From positions 139,147 through 203,146 of the forward strand of contig JAHITT010000006.1 in NCBI GenBank assembly GCA_018817715.1: a stretch of 64,000 nucleotides of DNA, given 5' to 3'. Below the pieces are notes generated by a model, which saw only the letters and a program-made list of their open reading frames with translations, had not been told where the DNA came from and ran no database searches. This stretch comes from Patescibacteria group bacterium. Its GTDB lineage: Bacteria > Patescibacteriota > Patescibacteriia > Veblenbacterales > UBA10138. Numbering within the stretch: the stretch's first letter is position 1; each line of letters opens with the position of its first letter. Positions 58,300 to 64,000 of this stretch are shown here, one piece after another. A program made the translations under genes and the position numbers.

Positions 58300-58770
58300 A
58301 TTTTAGCCCAAACCAACGCCTCAATTAAACAAACAACCTGAGGCGTTCAAGTATTTATATCACCTCGCCGCCGCTATCCGCAGGTTGGCTTGCGGAGCGT
58401 AAGCCAAGCGAGGACTCTAGCGGCGATTCTTTGTAATCCTTTCTTTAAAAGAAAGGATTAGATATATATTTAATTACGTAATTAAATAAGTAATTATAAC
58501 CACTTCTTTAAAAGAAGTGGTGCAAGAATTGCCACCATATTTAAGCCCCTACAGTGCTCGTTGCCTGCCAGGCCAAGGCTACCTGCCCGCCATAGCCTGT
58601 ACTCCAGATAAAGATAGGAATTTAGTTTTAGTGTATCGCTTATTTACGCACTGATACTTAAGGACAGTCAAATGGCAGGCGGGTCCTGAATCTACCACAA
58701 ACACGCCTTGACTTATCTGTCAGGCAACTTCCGCTCTGTTACCAGGGCTTAAATATGGTGGCAGTTTAAT
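58300..58770. ncRNA. Hairpin-dense non-coding region; candidate structured ncRNA(s) or MITE-like element of unknown class
   Basis: Five consecutive hairpins (58315-58347, 58363-58413, 58435-58459, the palindrome 58470-58485, and 58500-58520), plus an 18-bp perfect long-range helix (58531-58548 with 58745-58762, extendable to about 23 bp with wobbles) enclosing 196 nt. No ORF of 60 aa or more. Strand undetermined. Confidence 0.3.
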
Positions 58771-58784
58771 ACCAGATAAAAACT

Positions 58785-59537
58785 TTATGGTCTAACCAGT
58801 GTCCCGCCTCGCCCCGCCTTCAAACAACCAACCAAGCGTTTAGCACTACCCCACTTACACACTAAAATCGGAATTTTATTTTTTTGGCAAATTACAAAAG
58901 CTTGCTGATCCATTACCTTAAGACCCAATTTAATAGCTTGTTTCATTTCTAATTTCAAAAATTTTTTAGCCGCTTTGTATTTATTAGGATCTTTATCATA
59001 AACTCCATCCACCGGCCCTGTTTTAAGCAATAAATCCGCCTTAATCATAACCGCCTGCTTAGCCGCGGCCGTATCAGTGGTAAAAAAGGGTCTACCCGTA
59101 CCGCCGGCAAAGATAACTACCTGACCCTGCTTTAAAGTTGTTTGAGCTTTCTTTTTATTAATAGGTTCTGTTAATTCTATTTCACTGCCCACAAAAGTTT
59201 GCACAATTGCTTTTACTTTTAATTTTTGTAAAGCTTGTTGCAAAGCCAAAGCATTCATTAAGGTGGCAGTAATTCCTATATAATCAGCCGTCTTAGGATC
59301 CATACCCTGGCCTTGCTGACGCTTACGCCACCAATTACCAGCGCCCATAACTATGGCTAGTCTTAAACCACTGGCTTGTAGTTTATTTATTGTCGTAGCG
59401 GTTTTATTTAAAGTTTTAACATTAATACCCTGGCCTAAACCACCCAAAGCTTCGCCAGATAATTTTAATAATATCGTCTTGTGAATATTTTTTTTCATAA
59501 TTAATAAATAATTTTGGTCTGTTCTAATTTTACCCAC
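58785..59537 (-). CDS. pyrH: UMP kinase
   Basis: 250 aa. LKLSGEALGG glycine-rich motif and the amino-acid kinase fold. Confidence 0.9.
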   Translation of the reverse strand: MGKIRTDQNYLLIMKKNIHKTILLKLSGEALGGLGQGINVKTLNKTATTINKLQASGLRLAIVMGAGNWWRKRQQGQGMDPKTADYIGITATLMNALALQQALQKLKVKAIVQTFVGSEIELTEPINKKKAQTTLKQGQVVIFAGGTGRPFFTTDTAAAKQAVMIKADLLLKTGPVDGVYDKDPNKYKAAKKFLKLEMKQAIKLGLKVMDQQAFVICQKNKIPILVCKWGSAKRLVGCLKAGRGGTLVRP

Positions 59538-59611
59538 CTTGATTAAAATAATAAAAGCGGTAAATCCTTTTTGATTTTACCGCTCTTAAATCATAAAAAC
59601 AAATTAATAAC

Positions 59612-60229
59612 TTATTCCTTAACTGTGCAAGTAACACCAGGGCCAGCCAATTCAAAACGACAAAAACGCTTTATTTTAATATTTTCACCTGTCCTGGCTA
59701 TGGCTTCAGTTACCACATCTTTAACTTTTAATTTATCATCTTTAAAAAAAGGTTGCTCTAACAAACATATTTCTTGATAATACTTTTGAATTTTCCCTTC
59801 AATAATCTTAACTAACATATCACCAGTTTTACCCTCGGTGGCCAATTGTTCCTGATAAACCCTTTTTTCCCGCTCCACCACTTCAGCTGGCACATCTTCG
59901 GTCGACAAAAATAAGGGGCTACTAGCCGTTACTTGCATAGCTAAATCATGAACTAATTCTTTAAATTGATCCGTCCTAGCCACAAAATCTGTTTCACATA
60001 AAACTTCTACCATAGAACCTACTTGCCCGCCGGCATGAATATAAGATTCTACCAAACCTTGACCAGTCGCTCTAGCGCCTCGGCTCATAGCTATTTTGCC
60101 ACCTTTTTTCCTTAAAATATCCGTAGCTTTTTCTAAATCGCCACTAGCCTCGGTTAAAGCTTTTTTGGCATCCATCATGCCAGCGCCAGTTAACTGACGC
60201 AATTTTTGAACATCTTGTGCTGTAATCAT
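59612..60229 (-). CDS. tsf: Elongation factor Ts (short form)
   Basis: 205 aa. N-terminus ITAQDVQKLRQLTGAGMMDAKKAL. Downstream of rpsB. Confidence 0.9.
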   Translation of the reverse strand: MITAQDVQKLRQLTGAGMMDAKKALTEASGDLEKATDILRKKGGKIAMSRGARATGQGLVESYIHAGGQVGSMVEVLCETDFVARTDQFKELVHDLAMQVTASSPLFLSTEDVPAEVVEREKRVYQEQLATEGKTGDMLVKIIEGKIQKYYQEICLLEQPFFKDDKLKVKDVVTEAIARTGENIKIKRFCRFELAGPGVTCTVKE

Positions 60230-60256
60230 AAGTATTTTCCTCTCCGAAAATATTAA

Positions 60257-60988
60257 TTATTCTTGAACTTTAACAGTTTGAGTTGGAGCTGCCTGGCTTA
60301 AAAACTCGGCCTTGGCTTCTACAACGGTTTCGGCGGCCAAACCAACAATCAATTTTATGGAATTTAAAGCATCATCGTTGGACGGAATAGCGTAATCCAC
60401 CAAACTGGGGTTGGTGTTAGTATCCACCAAAGCCATTACCGGTACTTTAACCTTATGTGCTTCCCGAATGGCATTTTTACCCTCACGAGTACCAACCAAA
60501 AAAATTACTTGAGGTAATTTTCTCATGGCACGAATACCACTAATAGCTGCTTCTAATTTTTTAAAATCCCTGTCTTTTTCTAATTGTTCTTTTTTAGAAT
60601 ATTTTTCCCACAAACCATTAGTCTTTTCTTGTTCTAGTTTTTCCAAACGACTAATTAATTTAGAAATTACTCCAAAATTCGTAAAAACCCCGCCCAACCA
60701 GCGCTCTACTATGTAAGGCATACCGGTCTTAGTAGCCGCTTCCTTAACAACCTCATTGGCTTGCTTTTTTAAACTCACAAACAAAACAATTCCACCAGCA
60801 GCCACGATATTATGCAAAACCTTTAAGGTATCTTCCAATTTTTGACTGGTTTTTTCCAAATCTAAAATGTGTATATCATGTCGAACAGTATAAATAAAAT
60901 CCCGCATTTTAGGATGCCATTTGGCCTTTTGGTGACCAAAATGCACCCCGGCTTTAAGCATTTCTAACAAAGATGGTATTTTTGGCAT
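60257..60988 (-). CDS. rpsB: 30S ribosomal protein S2
   Basis: 243 aa with S2 signatures (GVHFGHQ, LFVGTK-like). Confidence 0.9.
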   Translation of the reverse strand: MPKIPSLLEMLKAGVHFGHQKAKWHPKMRDFIYTVRHDIHILDLEKTSQKLEDTLKVLHNIVAAGGIVLFVSLKKQANEVVKEAATKTGMPYIVERWLGGVFTNFGVISKLISRLEKLEQEKTNGLWEKYSKKEQLEKDRDFKKLEAAISGIRAMRKLPQVIFLVGTREGKNAIREAHKVKVPVMALVDTNTNPSLVDYAIPSNDDALNSIKLIVGLAAETVVEAKAEFLSQAAPTQTVKVQE

Positions 60989-61196
60989 AAAAAAATAGAC
61001 TCCTTTACCCCGCCAGCTTATTTGCTGACAGGCTACTGCCGGTTACTTTAAATGGCTGATAAAAACCCGGGCAAAATGCTAACGGATTCAAGGAATCAGC
61101 CAATAACAGGCATGATTGATTAAGTGACGAAATTATAAACCTTTTTTGTTTTTTTGGCAAGTTTGGCAAGATTAAATTAAAATTAAAGCCGACCCC

Positions 61197-61225
61197 TTGT
61201 CAAAGACTAATTTATATGTTACACT
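61197..61225 (+). promoter_or_regulatory. TTGTCA-N17-TACACT promoter ending 10 nt before the rpmE ATG
   Basis: The sequence is ccTTGTCAaagactaatttatatgtTACACTtggccacactATG. The ORF-track N-terminal extension from 61197 is therefore non-coding. Confidence 0.35.
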
Positions 61226-61235
61226 TGGCCACACT

Positions 61236-61490
61236 ATGAAAACCGATATCCATCCTAAATATCATACCAAAGCCAAAGCAATTTGCGCTTGTGGCAACAC
61301 CTTTACCGTAGGTTCCACAATTGAAGAAATTCACGTGGAAATTTGTTCTAATTGCCACCCTTTTTACACGGGTAAGCAAAAAATCTTAGACGCTGCCGGC
61401 CGAGTCGACCGCTTTAAAAAACGAACTGCTCGCACCAAAGTCGCTACGGAAAAAAAACTCAAACCTAAAACAGCTGATAAAGCTGCTTAA
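61236..61490 (+). CDS. rpmE: 50S ribosomal protein L31 (type A, zinc ribbon) with Lys-rich C-terminal extension
   Basis: [10 protein letters not shown]...CACGNTF...[10 protein letters not shown]. Start revised to 61236. Confidence 0.85.
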   Translation: MKTDIHPKYHTKAKAICACGNTFTVGSTIEEIHVEICSNCHPFYTGKQKILDAAGRVDRFKKRTARTKVATEKKLKPKTADKAA

Positions 61491-61501
61491 AACAGTTATT
61501 A

Positions 61502-61551
61502 AAAACTACCCCGTGCCTTTTAGGCTGATACCAGCCAAAATCGGGGTAGTT
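61502..61551 (+). terminator. rpmE terminator (11-bp stem with branched loop)
   Basis: aaactaccccg-N27-cggggtagttt, followed by ttatttg. Confidence 0.45.
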
Positions 61552-61600
61552 TTTATTTGTCCACATGGGATTATCAACCATAATAATATAGAATTAAAAT

Positions 61601-62650
61601 ATGGATTTACCTTTTCATCTTAAAAAAAATCAACAACAGCTGACTGATTTAGCTAATCAACTGCAACAACCAGAAATTTTTAACGACCAAAATAAATTGG
61701 CTAATGTTAATCGCGCTTATAGTGAAGCTAAAGAAATAGCTGATTTGGGGGACAAATTAAACCACCTCCTAGAACAACAAACTAATTTACAAAATAGTCT
61801 ACAAAACGAAAATGACGCCGAGCTTAGAGAGTTAGCCGCTGAAGAATTAACCGAAGTTAAAAAACAAATTTTAAGCACCGAAAGCGACTTAACTGAACTT
61901 TTAGAACCTACAGATCCTTTAGATGCCAAAAATACCATCGTGGAAATAAGAGCTGGTGCCGGCGGAGACGAAGCAGCCTTATTTTCCGCGGAAATATTCC
62001 GTATGTACTCAAGATTTGCCGAAAGAAAAAGCTGGCAAGCAAAAATAATGTCTTCTAGCCGCAATGAACTCGGGGGTTATAAAGAAATAATTTTTGAAAT
62101 TACCGGCCAAAGAGTTTATTCTTATTTAAAATATGAAAGTGGTGTTCATCGCGTTCAACGTGTACCAGCCACGGAAAAAAACGGTCGGGTTCACACCTCC
62201 ACCATTACCGTGGCGGTTCTACCGGAAGCGGCCAGCGTGGATATAGACATTAAACAAGAAGACTTAAAAATTGAAGCCACCACCGCTTCTGGACACGGCG
62301 GCCAAAGCGTTAATACTACCTATTCAGCCATTAGAATAGTTCATTTACCAACCGGCCTAACTGTTATTTGTCAGGACGAAAGATCACAAAAGCAAAATAA
62401 AGAAAAAGCCATGGCGGTTTTAAGATCCCGCTTACTAGCCCGTCAAATTGAAGAGCAAAGGCAAGTTAGAGATTCTTCCCGTCGAGCACAAATCGGTTCG
62501 GCTGACCGATCAGAAAAAATAAGAACTTATAATTTTCCACAAGACCGCCTGACTGACCATCGTTTAAAAATGAATTGGCATGACTTACCAGTTATTATGG
62601 ATGGACAAATTGAAGAAATAGTGAATGAATGTAAAAAAATCCTTGGCTAA
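61601..62650 (+). CDS. prfA: Peptide chain release factor 1
   Basis: 349 aa. GGQ motif (SGHGGQSVNTT) and the RF1-specific PAT motif (RVPATEK). Confidence 0.9.
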   Translation: MDLPFHLKKNQQQLTDLANQLQQPEIFNDQNKLANVNRAYSEAKEIADLGDKLNHLLEQQTNLQNSLQNENDAELRELAAEELTEVKKQILSTESDLTELLEPTDPLDAKNTIVEIRAGAGGDEAALFSAEIFRMYSRFAERKSWQAKIMSSSRNELGGYKEIIFEITGQRVYSYLKYESGVHRVQRVPATEKNGRVHTSTITVAVLPEAASVDIDIKQEDLKIEATTASGHGGQSVNTTYSAIRIVHLPTGLTVICQDERSQKQNKEKAMAVLRSRLLARQIEEQRQVRDSSRRAQIGSADRSEKIRTYNFPQDRLTDHRLKMNWHDLPVIMDGQIEEIVNECKKILG

Positions 62651-63498
62651 TGACTGTTCAACAAGCCTGGCAACAGGCTATTAAACAACTTAATATCAGC
62701 CCGTCACCTATTTTGGACGCTGAAGTTTTATTGGCTTACTGCCTTAAAACTAACGTTACAAAAATCAGCACCCACCAAACAACCAAACTTAATCTTTGGC
62801 AAAAAATTAAATGGGTTTATTTTTTAAATTTACGAAAAAAAGGTTGGCCCATCGCCTATCTTGTAAAAAACAAAGAATTCTACGGATTAAATTTTTATTT
62901 AAACAAACACGTACTAGTGCCCAGACCGGACAGTGAATTGTTAGTTGAACAAACTTTAAAAAAAATAACTAACCGACCAGACATTAAAACCATAATAGAT
63001 TTAGGCACTGGTAGTGGCTGTCTAGCTATAGCCTTAGCTAGTAACCTGCCGAATAATAAAATAATCGCCACAGACTTATCTAAAAAAGCCTTAAAAGTAG
63101 CCCGCCAGAATGCCTTAAATCATCAATTAACCAATTTATCTTTTTATCAAGGCGACAAACTAAAACCTATTAAAAAAATACTAACCTCTAAAAACCTTCC
63201 CTATCTTATAGTAACTAACCCGCCTTATTTAAGTAACCAAACATATTCCCTGGCTCTTAAAAAAGAACCTTACTTAGCCTTATGGGGCGGACCAGATGGA
63301 CTTACTTGGTATAAAGATTTTTTTAACCAACTAACCAGCTGGACCAATACTTATTGGCCCGATTACCTTATAATGGAAATTAGCCCAGAATTAATCGCTC
63401 CTTTAAAACTCCTCAATAAGACTTTAGTAAAACCTTATCAAATAGATATACAAAAAGATCTTAATCAAAAAGACCGACTTATAACTTTTTCTAAATAA
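62650..63498 (+). CDS. prmC: Release-factor glutamine N5-methyltransferase
   Basis: 282 aa. NPPY motif (VTNPPYL) and SAM motif IIDLGTGSGCLA. Start overlaps the prfA stop. Confidence 0.85.
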   Translation: MTVQQAWQQAIKQLNISPSPILDAEVLLAYCLKTNVTKISTHQTTKLNLWQKIKWVYFLNLRKKGWPIAYLVKNKEFYGLNFYLNKHVLVPRPDSELLVEQTLKKITNRPDIKTIIDLGTGSGCLAIALASNLPNNKIIATDLSKKALKVARQNALNHQLTNLSFYQGDKLKPIKKILTSKNLPYLIVTNPPYLSNQTYSLALKKEPYLALWGGPDGLTWYKDFFNQLTSWTNTYWPDYLIMEISPELIAPLKLLNKTLVKPYQIDIQKDLNQKDRLITFSK

Positions 63499-63512
63499 AA
63501 ACAGAGGCGCAG

Positions 63513-63764
63513 ATGCAAACATTAATAGAACACTGGGAATATTTGGCCAGAAACTACAACAAACAATTCCCTTTGACTGTTGTTATAACCAATGGCCAAA
63601 AAAACATCGGCCTGGTTATAAACAAAATAACTTTTGACACTGAAAGAATAATCTTGGATATAAATGAAAAAAATGAAAAATTTTTAGTGTCAAACGAAAA
63701 TAAATGGTTGGTTAAATACGGCAAAACCTATAATAATCAACCAATTTTCACGACAGATATTTAA
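63513..63764 (+). CDS. Hypothetical 83-aa protein
   Basis: ORF followed by a terminator. No motif recognised. Confidence 0.35.
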   Translation: MQTLIEHWEYLARNYNKQFPLTVVITNGQKNIGLVINKITFDTERIILDINEKNEKFLVSNENKWLVKYGKTYNNQPIFTTDI

Positions 63765-63769
63765 AAAAA

Positions 63770-63800
63770 TACCCCTCTGTCTAAACAGAAGGGTATTTTT
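63770..63800. terminator. Bidirectional terminator between convergent genes
   Basis: tacccctctg-N6-cagaagggta, followed by ttttt. Confidence 0.5.
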
Positions 63801-63810
63801 TAATTTAAAA

Positions 63811-64000
63811 TTATTTATCAGAAGAATCCTTTTCTTCGTCTTCATCCTCCTTACCTTCTTTATCTTCCACTTTAGCTATCTTAGAAACATCTTCTTTAAC
63901 TTCTTGCTTAAGTTCTTCCAATTCCGCTTCCGATCTAGGTTCTGTTACCACCACCAAAACTTCTTCACCACCGCTAATCAATTTAAGGCCTTGGGGCAGT
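63811..64000 (-). CDS. C-terminal fragment of a protein with an acidic E/D/K-rich tail (gene starts beyond the window)
   Basis: The minus-strand frame reads ...LPQGLKLISGGEEVLVVVTEPRSEAELEELKQEVKEDVSKIAKVEDKEGKEDEDEEKDSSDK*. Confidence 0.3.
   Translation of the reverse strand, partial: LPQGLKLISGGEEVLVVVTEPRSEAELEELKQEVKEDVSKIAKVEDKEGKEDEDEEKDSSDK

Noticed and set aside
58300-58770. Attempt to assign the structured region to SRP RNA, RNase P RNA, tmRNA or 6S RNA
   Set aside because: I looked for the SRP domain IV motif (AGGUCC-GGAA-GGAAGCAGC), RNase P CR-I/CR-IV (AGGAAAGUCCGGGCUCC, ACAGAA-CCGGCUUA) and the tmRNA tRNA-like end (GGUUCGA-UCC...CCACCA). None is present on either strand. The rod-like fold is 6S-like, but base composition and bubble layout are not diagnostic. 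Left as unknown class.
61197-61235. N-terminal extension of rpmE ([13 protein letters not shown])
   Set aside because: It starts at a TTG that is part of the -35 box TTGTCA. Conserved L31 begins at [10 protein letters not shown] (61236).
1-64000. CRISPR arrays, transposases or integrases, rRNA genes
   Set aside because: Apart from the two tandem pairs already noted (55895-55930 and the hairpin pair at 58435-58520), no regularly spaced direct-repeat array was seen by eye. No ORF has DDE, tyrosine or serine recombinase motifs. No rRNA-like conserved stretches. Full-window repeat detection by eye is imperfect.

Overview
This 64-kb window is AT-rich and dominated by housekeeping genes. The gene content and compact layout resemble a small-genome, possibly Patescibacteria/CPR-like, bacterium, but that assignment is an inference. 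About 80% of genes lie on the minus strand.

Recognisable blocks:
- A HrcA/CIRCE-controlled heat-shock locus: hrcA-grpE-(zinc-ribbon micro-ORF)-hsp20-dnaK-DUF3467-[insert]-dnaJ.
- A MacAB-type ABC efflux operon headed by an AbrB-like regulator.
- The tRNA-modification genes queA and tgt.
- A sugar-metabolism block with a SIS-type PGI/PMI and a class I aldolase.
- A cell-wall/division block: mraZ-rsmH-ftsL-ftsI-murF.
- rplJ-rplL, with a lytic transglycosylase and mltG nearby.
- A glycolytic operon gap-pgk-eno-gpmI-gpmI with two tandem iPGM paralogs and no tpi.
- rpsB-tsf-pyrH (no frr), and rpmE-prfA-prmC.
- One tRNA-Glu(CUC).
- A membrane-anchored TraG/VirD4/HerA-superfamily ATPase at the left edge.

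Accessory or unusual regions:
- A very AT-rich 4-gene cassette directly downstream of dnaJ (9.2-10.8 kb).
- A 2-gene AT-rich islet splitting dnaK from dnaJ (12.1-13.2 kb), bounded by hairpins and an 11-nt direct repeat.
- Two perfect long palindromes (38 and 42 nt) between convergent genes at 9.05-9.19 kb.
- A ~930-nt gene-free, hairpin-dense region (57.86-58.78 kb) with a ~23-bp long-range helix that I could not assign to any known RNA class.
- A secreted Asn-rich repeat protein.
- Two unusual domain fusions: a J-like domain fused to an S41 peptidase, and a pseudo-PP2C-like domain joined through a TM helix to a beta-propeller.
- Recurrent TTGTCA-N17-TAnAnT promoters 6-10 nt from start codons, suggesting leaderless mRNAs.

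No CRISPR array, rRNA, transposase or integrase was seen.
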